The position numbers were made by a program, and so were the translations under genes. Of a stretch of DNA of 64,000 nucleotides, positions 45,998 through 55,211 are shown piece after piece; position 1 is the stretch's first letter, and each line of letters opens with the position of its first letter. The stretch comes from Actinomycetes bacterium (lineage in GTDB: Bacteria; Actinomycetota; Acidimicrobiia; Acidimicrobiales; Aldehydirespiratoraceae), in the NCBI GenBank assembly GCA_024276495.1, contig JAJRXC010000023.1, positions 3,484 through 67,483 of the forward strand, read 5' to 3'. A model generated the notes under the pieces. It saw nothing but the letters and a program-made list of their open reading frames with translations, did no database searches and was not told the origin of the DNA.

Positions 45998-46030
45998 GGA
46001 ACTCGGTGTAGGGAACACGGTGTGGAGATC
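45992..46030 (+). repeat. three 14-bp-phased direct repeats (GTGTAGGGAAC x2, GTGTGGAGATC) upstream of ddaH-like gene
   Basis: gtgtagggaactcg / gtgtagggaacacg / gtgtggagatc read directly. They span the GT2 stop codon to 22 nt before the ATG at 46052. Confidence 0.5.
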
Positions 46031-46051
46031 GCCACTCGGTAGTGTCGGCGG

Positions 46052-46834
46052 ATGTCGACGGCGAACCTTCGCAGCGGACCGGGAGTCGCCGTCGTGCGCC
46101 GCCCGGGCCCCCGACTGGCCGAGGGTCTGCGCACCCATCTCGCGCCGAGCCCGGTGGATCTCGCGCTCGCCCGGCGTCAGTGGGAGGCCTATGTCGGGGC
46201 GTTCGTCGATGCCGGCTGGCGCGTCGTCGAGGCCCCCGCGGCCGATCAGTGCCCCGACGCGGTCTTCATCGAGGATGCCGTGGTCGTCTTCGATGACCGT
46301 GCCGTCATCACCCGGCCCGGCGCGCCGAGCCGCCGTCACGAGACCAGCGGGATGGATGTGGTCTTTCGCGACCTGGGCCTGGAGGTCACGACGCTCCCGG
46401 GGCCGGGATCGCTCGACGGCGGCGACGTGTTGAAGATCGGCCGCACCGTCTACGTCGGAAGGACCGGACGCACCGATGCGGCCGGGATCGATGCGCTCGC
46501 CGCGCTCCTCGGCGGATCCTGGACCGTCATCGCGGTGCCGATCACCAGGGTGCTCCACCTGAAATCGGCCGTTACCGCACTTCCCGACGGCACCGTGATC
46601 GGCTGGGAGCCGGTGGTCGACGATCCGGCGGCATTCCCCTCGTTTCGGGCCATGCCCGAGGAACCGGGCGCGCATGTGGTCGAGCTCGGTCCCGACCATC
46701 TCCTGATCGCTGCAGATGCCCGGAAGTCGATTCGGCTTCTCGAACAGGACGGCTACACGGTCACCGCGGTCGACATCGGTGAGTTCGAGAAGCTCGAGGG
46801 GTGCGTGACCTGCCTCTCGACGAGGATCCGCTGA
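46052..46834 (+). CDS. dimethylarginine dimethylaminohydrolase-like amidinotransferase-fold protein
   Basis: 260 aa; DAVFIEDAVVV, LDGGDVL, HLKS, C-terminal catalytic-Cys context EGCVTCLS. Confidence 0.8.
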   Translation: MSTANLRSGPGVAVVRRPGPRLAEGLRTHLAPSPVDLALARRQWEAYVGAFVDAGWRVVEAPAADQCPDAVFIEDAVVVFDDRAVITRPGAPSRRHETSGMDVVFRDLGLEVTTLPGPGSLDGGDVLKIGRTVYVGRTGRTDAAGIDALAALLGGSWTVIAVPITRVLHLKSAVTALPDGTVIGWEPVVDDPAAFPSFRAMPEEPGAHVVELGPDHLLIAADARKSIRLLEQDGYTVTAVDIGEFEKLEGCVTCLSTRIR

Positions 46835-46859
46835 TCGGTCCGCCGTCGTCCTCGTCGGG

Positions 46860-47438
46860 TCAGAACCGCGCGATCGCCGTGATCCGACGGATGAGCGGCT
46901 CGAAGTGTTCGAGCGGAAGCGTGTCGTAGTCGGGATCGAACGCCTGATGATCCCAGTCGTCGGTGAACTCCTCGCACAGCGAGAACCACGGCTCGTCGAC
47001 GAACTGGTCGCGCAGGTTCGTCGGCACACCGAAGTGTTGGTAGTAGTGACGACCCTGGAAGTCCTGGTGGTGCATGATCGACTTGTACACGTCGTCTCGC
47101 ACGTAGGGCTTGATCATCTCAGCCGAGATCGGCCCGTGGTTGGGCACCGAGATCGCCTTGCCGATGTCGTGACAGAGCGCGCCGAACACCATCTCCTCGT
47201 CGGCTCCGGCCCGCTCGGCCATCGTCGCCGTCTGGAGGCAATGGGTGAGTTGGTCGGTGATGAAGCCGTCGCTGATCGACGAGAGCGATTCCAGCAACAT
47301 GATCATGCGGTCGGCGACCCGTCGCTGGTTCTCACGGGTCCGCTCGCCGATCACCGCCCACTGTTCGGCCGTGGACTCGGCCATCCGTCGGAAGCTGTCG
47401 GGGTTGGCATCGATCGGGGATGGGTCGGTGACCGTCAT
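46860..47438 (-). CDS. HD domain-containing protein (PhnZ/MIOX-like candidate)
   Basis: 192 aa; H...HD pattern (QLTHCLQTA...GALCHDIGK...HHQDF...H) resembling HD-domain diiron oxygenases; assignment tentative. Confidence 0.65.
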   Translation of the reverse strand: MTVTDPSPIDANPDSFRRMAESTAEQWAVIGERTRENQRRVADRMIMLLESLSSISDGFITDQLTHCLQTATMAERAGADEEMVFGALCHDIGKAISVPNHGPISAEMIKPYVRDDVYKSIMHHQDFQGRHYYQHFGVPTNLRDQFVDEPWFSLCEEFTDDWDHQAFDPDYDTLPLEHFEPLIRRITAIARF

Positions 47439-47513
47439 CGCGGGGTTCCTCTCTCGGCGGCTCGTTCAGCGTAGCGATCAGGAGTTCGCGGCGCCCGGCT
47501 CTAGGGTGCCGAA

Positions 47514-48668
47514 ATGGAGTTCGTGAGTGCGGTCGTCGTGGGTGGCGGCATCGCCGGCGTGTCGGTGGCCGCGGAACTGGCCGAGGCCGATCCGCGAGTC
47601 GTGTTGGTCGAGACCGAGCCGACGCTCGCCTTCCACACGACGGGTCGCTCCGCCGCCCAGTACCTGGAGAACTACGGGAACGACGTCGTTCGACGTCTGA
47701 CGCTCGCCTCCCGCTCGTTCTTCGAACGCGGCGACGACGCTGCGCTGTGGTCGCCGCGTGCGTTTCTGCGAGTCGGGCTCGACACCCACGTCGACATGTT
47801 GCGAACCGAGGCGGCGGCGCTACGCGAGCTCGTTCCCTCCACGGAGTTTCTCGATGGCGACGCAGCCCGCGACATCCTGCCGGTTCTCCGCCCCGAGGTC
47901 GCGGGCGCCCTCCACGAACCGGGCGCGATGGAGCTCGACGTCGCCGCGATCCACCAGGCCTTCGTGCGGGCGCTTCGGGCATCGGGTGGCGAGGTTCGCA
48001 GCGCCACCCCCGTCGTCGGCCTGGACCGCGTCGGCGACCGCTGGCGGGTCACGCTGGGCGACGCGACGACGATCGAGACCTCCGTCGTGGTCAACGCGGC
48101 CGGTGCGTGGGGCGACCTGGTCGGCGAGATGGCCGGCGCCGAACGCCTCGGTCTGCACCCGTTGCGGCGAACGGTCGCGGTCGCCTCCCTTCCCGACGGC
48201 GTCGACGCCTCGGGGTGGCCGCTGACCGCCTTCGAGGCCGACGACGGCTCGATGGACGGGTACTGCAAGCCGGAACCGGGAGGCCTCCTCGTGTCACCGG
48301 CCGACGAGACCCCTTCCGTCCCGTGCGACGCCCGCCCCGAGGAGATCGACGTGGCCCGCGGACTCGATGTCCTCTCTCGCTGGACGACCCTCGACCCGCG
48401 TCATGTGCGGGCCACGTGGGCCGGGTTGCGGTCGTTCACCGCCGACCGCACCCCGGTGGCCGGGTTCTCCCCGCAGGCGCCGGGGTTCTTCTGGCTGATC
48501 GGACAGGGAGGCGTCGGCATCCAGACCGCGCCGGCGCTGGCACGCGCTGCGGCCGGCCTGATCCTCTCCGGCACGCTTCCGCCCGACCTCGTCGACGCCG
48601 GTGTCCGCGCCGCCGACCTCTCGCCGATCCGCCCGGGCCTCGACGGCCCCCTGCTGCCCGCGCACTGA
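47514..48668 (+). CDS. FAD-dependent oxidoreductase (DAO/glycine oxidase family)
   Basis: 384 aa; N-terminal VVVGGGIAGVSVAAELAE dinucleotide-binding motif; DAO-family length. Confidence 0.8.
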   Translation: MEFVSAVVVGGGIAGVSVAAELAEADPRVVLVETEPTLAFHTTGRSAAQYLENYGNDVVRRLTLASRSFFERGDDAALWSPRAFLRVGLDTHVDMLRTEAAALRELVPSTEFLDGDAARDILPVLRPEVAGALHEPGAMELDVAAIHQAFVRALRASGGEVRSATPVVGLDRVGDRWRVTLGDATTIETSVVVNAAGAWGDLVGEMAGAERLGLHPLRRTVAVASLPDGVDASGWPLTAFEADDGSMDGYCKPEPGGLLVSPADETPSVPCDARPEEIDVARGLDVLSRWTTLDPRHVRATWAGLRSFTADRTPVAGFSPQAPGFFWLIGQGGVGIQTAPALARAAAGLILSGTLPPDLVDAGVRAADLSPIRPGLDGPLLPAH

Positions 48669-48671
48669 GGG

Positions 48672-50909
48672 TCAGGCAGTGATGGTTCGCGTGCCCGCAT
48701 CGAAGTCGAGCTCGAGAACCTGACCGTCGCGTTCCCAGCGGTGGACCGGATCGAGCCGATCGACGGTTCCCCACGGGGAGTCGTGGCGGGGGTGATCCGC
48801 GATCTGGCGCGCGTGCCCGTCCACCACGAAGGGAGCCTCCCAACCGAACGTGAGTGGACCGGCCGTCGGTGAGGTCCACGACACCGAGACCTCGCTGCGT
48901 TCGCCGACCACGATCGGCTCGTCCGCGGTCACCGCAGCGACGAAGTCGTCGAACGAGCCGTCCGCCACCGTGCCCACTTCGACGATCCACACGTTGTCCG
49001 GGCCGCCCTCGGCGACCAGGTCGAACGGTTCGGTCATCCCGTCGGTCGCGTGGATCTCGGGGTCGTAGACCCGCCAACTCGTCGCCCGTCTCGACCACAA
49101 CGCGATGTGGCCGCCACGCTTGGTCCCCATCGTCCAGTTACCGACCTGGCGCACCTCGTCGAAGTGGTTCTGGGGGAAGTACGCGTGGGTGAAGTCGCGG
49201 TAGCGGAACACGAGGCCGAGGATCGGATCGGTGTTCTCGTCGTAGAGCGGTGAGTAGATGTGGATCGCCGTGCGCTCGAACTGAGCGGTGCGCGGCATCG
49301 ATGCCTCCCCCGTCCAGTAGCCGGGGATCGGATCGTCGCGCCAGTTGGTCGATTCGGGGAGCGCCGTCATCGGGTGGGTCGTGAACACCCTCGCATCAGG
49401 GTCGATGGTGGCCTGCCAGATGTGAACCTGGTCGCGCATCTGCCCCTTGCGGTGATCGAGCACGCTGGCCAGGCTCACGTGGGGACTTCGCCACACATAG
49501 GTGTTGGCCTCGTCGAGGCCCCCGAGGTTGAGGATCATGTAGTTGTCGTACACCCACTGTTCGATCCGCTCGACATCGCCGCCCATGACATCGCTGAGCT
49601 GCTTGATCTGGGTGAACACGTCGCCTTCCCACAGCCGGTACCGGTCGGCTTCCGCCGTGCTGATCTCGGCGAGCTGCCAGAGGCCGATGCCGCCGGTGGA
49701 CCACCAGAACGCGAGGTTGGCCGGGTCCTTGAAGTCGTAGCCGAACGGCGCCTCGGGCGAGTCGCTGATCGGTTCGCGCGAGTTCACGTGGATGCCGTGA
49801 CGCTCTCGGGTGACCGTCACCGAATCGTCGCGGGCGATGTCGATGATCAGCTGTGGTGGCCGATACCGATCGGCCAGACCGAAGTAGGTGGCGGTGGTGC
49901 TGTCCGTGGTCTCGAAGCCGCCGGGCGTGCGATCGAAGAGCAGCTTCGCGACGTCGAAGGTGTCCTCGTCGCGCGCCGTCATCTTGTCCTTCTTGTACGT
50001 GCGGCCGTGCGGAGCCACGTAGGCGCCGCGGTGATGGTGGGTCGCCATGTCGAACAGGCACAGATCGAGTCCCCGTGCGGCCGCTTCGACGATCTCGATG
50101 TCGTCGGAGAGCTCGCACAGCATCAGCAACGGGGAGATGTTCTTCGCCATGTACACGTTGGAATGCCACTCGAAGAACCCGAACCGTCCCCGTTCCCTCA
50201 CCCATTCGAGGATCTCGGGTCGGGCCCGCGCCGCCTGCTCGGCGCCGGTGAGGCCGGTGACGGTGAAGACCTCGTCGGGGAAGAACTGACCGGCGAGCAA
50301 CTCGTTGGCCAAGGTGATGATGCGATGGTTCTCGGACCAGTACCAGAGGTGGTCGACGCGGTCCGCGGGAAGCGGATCGTCGTAGCGATACCGGTTGTCG
50401 ATCATGCGTCGGGTGATGGCGTCGATCAGCGCGGGATCGAGACGGGTCATCGGCGTGTCGCCCTGCCCGTGGACCAGCAACCAGTTGAAGTACATGAACT
50501 GGAAGTCGCGGGTGTCGCGCCACTCGTCGAGCTGCGTCCACCGGTCGGCGAATCCGTCGACGGTCACCGCTTCGATGTCCCACTCGTAATCGGGGTCCCG
50601 TCGGGCCAGGGCCAGCTGCACGGCGACACCGGAAGCCGACGCGGGCCGAAGGGTCGCCCCGGCGAACCGCAGGTACTCCTCGACCCGGGCCTGGAAGTAG
50701 GCCTCGTCGACGAGGCCAGGCGATCCGGGAACGGCCAACCCGGCCGGCGCGGGCGCGGTCGTCGGCGGCGGCGGCGGCGGCAAACCCAGCCCGGTCGTGG
50801 GCGGCAGGGTCGTCGTCGGGGCCGCGTCGGGGCCCGGATCCGAGCAGGCGCCGAGCACGGCGAGGCCGGTCGCGCCGAGCAGGAACGATCGCCGATCGAG
50901 AGGATTCAT
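48672..50909 (-). CDS. Tat-signal lipoprotein of unknown function (745 aa)
   Basis: N-terminus MNPLDRRSFLLGATGLAVLGACS (twin-Arg + lipobox); protein-like composition throughout; no family I can assign with confidence. Confidence 0.7.
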   Translation of the reverse strand: MNPLDRRSFLLGATGLAVLGACSDPGPDAAPTTTLPPTTGLGLPPPPPPTTAPAPAGLAVPGSPGLVDEAYFQARVEEYLRFAGATLRPASASGVAVQLALARRDPDYEWDIEAVTVDGFADRWTQLDEWRDTRDFQFMYFNWLLVHGQGDTPMTRLDPALIDAITRRMIDNRYRYDDPLPADRVDHLWYWSENHRIITLANELLAGQFFPDEVFTVTGLTGAEQAARARPEILEWVRERGRFGFFEWHSNVYMAKNISPLLMLCELSDDIEIVEAAARGLDLCLFDMATHHHRGAYVAPHGRTYKKDKMTARDEDTFDVAKLLFDRTPGGFETTDSTTATYFGLADRYRPPQLIIDIARDDSVTVTRERHGIHVNSREPISDSPEAPFGYDFKDPANLAFWWSTGGIGLWQLAEISTAEADRYRLWEGDVFTQIKQLSDVMGGDVERIEQWVYDNYMILNLGGLDEANTYVWRSPHVSLASVLDHRKGQMRDQVHIWQATIDPDARVFTTHPMTALPESTNWRDDPIPGYWTGEASMPRTAQFERTAIHIYSPLYDENTDPILGLVFRYRDFTHAYFPQNHFDEVRQVGNWTMGTKRGGHIALWSRRATSWRVYDPEIHATDGMTEPFDLVAEGGPDNVWIVEVGTVADGSFDDFVAAVTADEPIVVGERSEVSVSWTSPTAGPLTFGWEAPFVVDGHARQIADHPRHDSPWGTVDRLDPVHRWERDGQVLELDFDAGTRTITA

Positions 50910-50931
50910 CGGGTGGGTCCCGGGTCGTCGA

Positions 50932-52293
50932 TCAATCGAAGACCGGCACGGCTGCCATCGCGGTGTCGAGCGAAGCCTGGGACAGCTCGTGGTCCACCAT
51001 CTCTCCGGACAGGAAGTTCTCGTAGGCCGCGAGGTCGAGATGGCCGTGGCCGCACAACGCGGTCAGGATCACCTTCTCCTCACCGCTCTCCTTGCATCGC
51101 AGCGCCTCCCGGACCGCGGCGGCGATCGCGTGGGTCGGCTCGGGGGCCGGGACGATTCCCTCGGTGCGGGCGAACTCGAGCGCAGCGGTGAAGCATTCGG
51201 TCTGGCCGATCGACTCGGCTTCGACCAGGCCGGTCTCGTAGAGGTGCGAGACCAGCGGCGCCATGCCGTGATACCGCAGGCCGCCGGCGTGGATCGGATC
51301 GGGGATGAACGAGTGGCCGAGAGTGTGCATCTTCACCAGTGGCGTCATCCCGGCGGTGTCACCGAAGTCGTAGCGGTACTCGCCCTTGGTGAGGCTGGGG
51401 CAGGCGGCCGGTTCGACGCAGCGAATCGTCGGGTTCATCTTGCCCTTCAGCTTCTCGCGCAGGAACGGAAAGCTCAGGCCACCGAAGTTCGATCCGCCGC
51501 CGGTACATCCGACCAGCACGTCGGGAGTCTCGCCGACCTTCGCGAGCTGCAACAACGCCTCTTCGCCGATCACCGTCTGGTGCAACAGCACGTGGTTGAG
51601 GACCGAGCCCAGCGCGTAACGAGTCGTCGGGTCCTCGACCGCCATCGAGACGGCCTCGGAGATCGCGATTCCGAGGCTGCCGGGATGCTGCGGATCATCG
51701 GCCAGCAGCGAGCGGCCGAACTCGGTGACATCCGACGGGCTCGAGTGCACGCTCGCACCCCAGATCTCCATCATCGTCTTGCGGTGGGGTTTGACCTCGT
51801 ACGACGCCGCGACCTGCCACACCTCGCACTCGATGCCGTATTGGGCGCACGCGAAGGCCAGGGCGCTCCCCCACTGGCCCGCCCCGGTCTCGGTGGTCAG
51901 CTTCGTGATGCCTTCCTGATGGTTGTAGTACGCCTGGGGAACGGAGGTGTTGGGCTTGTGCGACCCGGCCGGGCTGACGCCCTCGTACTTGTAGAAGATC
52001 TTGGCCGGGGTGTCGAGGGCCGCTTCGAGGCGCCGGGCCCGGAACAGCGGGCTGGGACGCCACAGCCGGTAGACGTCGAGAACCTCACCGGGGATGTCGA
52101 TGTAGGACTCCTCGGAGACCTCCTGCATGATGAGCGCCATGGGGAACAACGGCGCCAGGTCGTCGGGGCCGATCGGCTCGCGGGTTCCGGGATGCAGCGG
52201 CGGTGGCGGGGGCGTCGGCAGGTCGGGTACGACGTTGTACCACTGGGTCGGGATCTCGGACTCGTCGAGAAGCACCTTCGTGTAGTTGTCCAT
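50932..52293 (-). CDS. TrpB-like PLP-dependent enzyme (tryptophan synthase beta, TrpB2 type)
   Basis: 453 aa; [16 protein letters not shown] (PLP Lys), [17 protein letters not shown]; long N-terminal extension typical of TrpB2. Confidence 0.9.
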   Translation of the reverse strand: MDNYTKVLLDESEIPTQWYNVVPDLPTPPPPPLHPGTREPIGPDDLAPLFPMALIMQEVSEESYIDIPGEVLDVYRLWRPSPLFRARRLEAALDTPAKIFYKYEGVSPAGSHKPNTSVPQAYYNHQEGITKLTTETGAGQWGSALAFACAQYGIECEVWQVAASYEVKPHRKTMMEIWGASVHSSPSDVTEFGRSLLADDPQHPGSLGIAISEAVSMAVEDPTTRYALGSVLNHVLLHQTVIGEEALLQLAKVGETPDVLVGCTGGGSNFGGLSFPFLREKLKGKMNPTIRCVEPAACPSLTKGEYRYDFGDTAGMTPLVKMHTLGHSFIPDPIHAGGLRYHGMAPLVSHLYETGLVEAESIGQTECFTAALEFARTEGIVPAPEPTHAIAAAVREALRCKESGEEKVILTALCGHGHLDLAAYENFLSGEMVDHELSQASLDTAMAAVPVFD

Positions 52294-52513
52294 TGCCGTC
52301 TCCGATTCCCGTCGCGGTGCCGGTCACCGCAGGGTGCCAGAACTTACCGGGATCGGCGGACGGGTGAGAACCTGACGCCGCCCGTCGCCCTTCCCCCTTC
52401 CCGGCCGACTCGCCACGTTCGCAATGGCGACGACCCTGGCACATGCCCCGCTCATCGTGGCTCCCCGGTGGGCACCATCGAGGTCAGGACCGAACCCGAC
52501 ACGAACGGCCGCC

Positions 52514-52819
52514 TCAGAGGTCGAAGCCGACCGCGGCCACCGGTGTGGTGACGTTCATCTGGGGCGGCCCGGCCATCAGGGGGCCGAAATCGGCCATTGC
52601 GGCCTTCATGGCGTCCCCCTGGCCGTGGTTCTGCATCGCCTCCTGGCCGCTCATCAACGCGAAGAACCAGAAATCGTTCCCCTCGCCACGGAGGTAGGTG
52701 TAGATCTCGACTCCGGGCTCGTCGCGGGCGGCCTCGACCATCCGGGCCAGAACTTCCGCCATCTCGTCGGCCTTCCCGTCTTGGCTGGTGATCGTGCCGA
52801 CCATCGAAACTTTGCTCAT
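52514..52819 (-). CDS. antibiotic biosynthesis monooxygenase (ABM) family protein
   Basis: Start MSKVSMVGTI at 52819 with GAAGGAGA RBS; about 100-aa ferredoxin-like ABM pattern. Confidence 0.65.
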   Translation of the reverse strand: MSKVSMVGTITSQDGKADEMAEVLARMVEAARDEPGVEIYTYLRGEGNDFWFFALMSGQEAMQNHGQGDAMKAAMADFGPLMAGPPQMNVTTPVAAVGFDL

Positions 52820-52936
52820 CTTCGTCTCTCCTTCGCGACCGAGGCCGCTCCGACATCGTCGACGCGGTGCCGACATCACTACCACGAACGAGATCGTCGA
52901 ATTCGACAGACCGGGCGGGATTTCTCGGCTCCGGGT

Positions 52937-55057
52937 TCACCCACCCTCTCCGTAGCCCTCGAAGAGCGACTCCGTCGTGAACCTCCACCGAACGGTTCCC
53001 TGCCGGAACGGGACCGCGAGGTCCATTCCGACCGTGAGCTCGCGCCGGCCCTCGATGACGATGCGCCCGTCCGGTTCGGTGCTCGAAGGCGAGTTCAGCA
53101 TCTCGTCGAGCGAGACCCTCGGTTCCACCGGGCTCAGGAATCCGAACCCGTCGATCAACTGTGTGGTGTAGGGGTCGATCACGAACTCTTCGTCGACGAT
53201 CGAGTCCGAGATGTTCTCGCACGGCACGATGAACGAGTAGATGTCGAGCCGGGTCTGGATCCTGAGGCCGGTGTCACCGACGAGGCGCGGCGGGGAGACC
53301 GAGAACCGGGGCGGCTCGTGGAAGCCGTCGAACTCGAGGCGGGTGGGCGCGGCGCCGCTGGCGGCTCGCCGGATCAGGTCGGCCACGTCACCCGGCCCGA
53401 TCCGCGGCTCGCCGCGGCCGATCCCCTCCACGGTGAAGTCCTCCCAGTACTCGCCCTGGCAGGGCTGATCCGGAGTGGTGAGATCGAGCCGGAATCGCAA
53501 CGGGACGAAGCTCGCGACGTCGGTCACCGTCCCCTCGAGTTGACCGGACTCGGGGTCCACCGTGATCATCACGGATGCGGTCTCGACCCACTCGTCGATG
53601 CCGCGGTCCTCGTAGCGGGCGCCGGGCGGCACCGAGCTGAAGATCTCCCACTGGTCGGGCGCCGGGAACCGGTACTCGATGGTTCCGGTCCACAGGTATC
53701 TGCACTCGAGCTCGATGTCCGTCAACAGGTCGACCGCGTCGCTGATCGCCGAGGCCCTCGCCCCGACCGACGAGATCATCTCTCCTTCGGCGACGACACC
53801 GACGAGGTCCGGGATGTAGTCGCATCGTGGCTTCTTCGCCTGGCGGGCACCGTCGATCACCTCGGAGGCGACACGTTCGTAGGCGTCGCTCAGGACATCG
53901 ATCGCGTCGGAGGCGGTGATGCCGTACTCCCCGCCGAGGGCGATCATCGAGGCCAGACGATCCTTCGTGGCCCGGCTCGGTGCCGAGCGGGCCGCGGCGA
54001 CCGCCGAGTCGAGAAGGGCCTGCAGACGAGCCGACAGCTCCTCGCCGGCTTGTTCCTCGAGGCTGTCGATGGTCTGCTTCAACTCTTCGGCTCTCGCCTG
54101 GGCGTCGGCTTCGGGACTGCCCGAGGTGCCCTCCGAGTTTCCGGGCGGGTCTGACGGCTGCCCGCCCACCGGTGTGTTCAGCGAGAAATGCGGCACCTCG
54201 CACTCGACTCCGGAACCGGCCGGGAGGCACGCGCCGCTTTGCACCCACCGCCCTGCGGCGAGGTCGAACGTCGCGATCGATGTGACCCCGCCGAGCGCCG
54301 TCACATCGTCGAGCCGCAGCGTGAGCGGCGCGGCGGGCTGGACCTCCGCACCGTCCTCGCCGCGCGCCTCGAACGAGAAGACTCGGCTGAGGTGGCCCCC
54401 GTCGACCGGCGCCCACGGGGCCGAGAGGTGCCGGGCCGGCACCTCGGTCACCGTCAGCCAAGTGCCGGCGGGCAGGGCGCCGGCGGGCACGGCCACCGAG
54501 ACGCCTTCGGCCGGGATGATCTGTTGCTCGTCGGATTCGATCACGACCGGTGGCGCGCTCGGCGTCAATTCGACGTCGATGACGTCGTAGCCGCAGATGG
54601 TCACCACGGGGCGGGCGAAGGTCGTGACGTAGCCGAGCGCGCCCACCTCGTACCAGCCCGTCGGATCGGCCGGCCCGGCAGCCTGGCCGCGGCCGTCACC
54701 GGCCTCGCCGTTGACGTCGGGCCACGGCACCAGCGACCCGTCGGCCTTCGTCACGTTCGCGATGAACCGATCCGCCGACGAGGTCGATCCGACCGGCGCA
54801 GCGTCGCCTTCTTCGGAGCCCGGTTGCCCGTCGGTCGACACCGCCCCGTCCGAACTCGATGCCGGGTCGGTGGGGCCGCCGGTTTCCTCGGTGTCCGGGT
54901 CGACGATCGAGCATGCCGCGGTGAGCAGCGCGAACGTCACCAGCGGCACCGCCATCCGACGTCGGCGTGCACCTGCAGATGAGAGCCTGCGCCGCTTGTT
55001 CCACTCCGTTCGTTCGTTCTGACTCGGGTCGGTCTTGTCGAAGACACCGCGCCCCAC
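52937..55057 (-). CDS. large secreted lipoprotein of unknown function
   Basis: Up to 706 aa; likely start at 54955 (MAVPLVTFALLTAACS, lipobox); acidic S/G/D-rich linker then a large uncharacterised domain. Confidence 0.65.
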   Translation of the reverse strand: MGRGVFDKTDPSQNERTEWNKRRRLSSAGARRRRMAVPLVTFALLTAACSIVDPDTEETGGPTDPASSSDGAVSTDGQPGSEEGDAAPVGSTSSADRFIANVTKADGSLVPWPDVNGEAGDGRGQAAGPADPTGWYEVGALGYVTTFARPVVTICGYDVIDVELTPSAPPVVIESDEQQIIPAEGVSVAVPAGALPAGTWLTVTEVPARHLSAPWAPVDGGHLSRVFSFEARGEDGAEVQPAAPLTLRLDDVTALGGVTSIATFDLAAGRWVQSGACLPAGSGVECEVPHFSLNTPVGGQPSDPPGNSEGTSGSPEADAQARAEELKQTIDSLEEQAGEELSARLQALLDSAVAAARSAPSRATKDRLASMIALGGEYGITASDAIDVLSDAYERVASEVIDGARQAKKPRCDYIPDLVGVVAEGEMISSVGARASAISDAVDLLTDIELECRYLWTGTIEYRFPAPDQWEIFSSVPPGARYEDRGIDEWVETASVMITVDPESGQLEGTVTDVASFVPLRFRLDLTTPDQPCQGEYWEDFTVEGIGRGEPRIGPGDVADLIRRAASGAAPTRLEFDGFHEPPRFSVSPPRLVGDTGLRIQTRLDIYSFIVPCENISDSIVDEEFVIDPYTTQLIDGFGFLSPVEPRVSLDEMLNSPSSTEPDGRIVIEGRRELTVGMDLAVPFRQGTVRWRFTTESLFEGYGEGG

Positions 55058-55166
55058 GTCGAACCCCGCGGAATACTGTCCAGCATACGCCCGCGACTCT
55101 CCCGGGCAAGACTCGGGTGGGGTCGGGAAAACGGAAAGAATCCCCGCCGAGGGCGAGGATTCTCAG

Positions 55167-55211
55167 GGGTCGGGCTGAGAGGATTTGAACCTCCGACCTT
55201 CGGTCCCCCAG
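55167..55211 (-). other. partial tRNA-Pro-like 3' fragment (anticodon-loop to acceptor end); candidate att site
   Basis: The minus strand reads CTGGGGGACCGAAGGTCGGAGGTTCAAATCCTCTCAGCCCGAcc. T-arm GGAGG-TTCAAAT-CCTCT, acceptor CAGCCCG with discriminator A (C1:G72 type as in tRNA-Pro). No complementary 5' acceptor strand or D-arm upstream. Confidence 0.55.

Noticed and set aside
52294-52513. Trp-codon leader peptide / classical attenuator or T-box upstream of trpB2
   Set aside because: I saw no tandem Trp codons in any small minus-strand ORF and no T-box specifier/antiterminator motif. I kept it only as a low-interest 'long leader' note.
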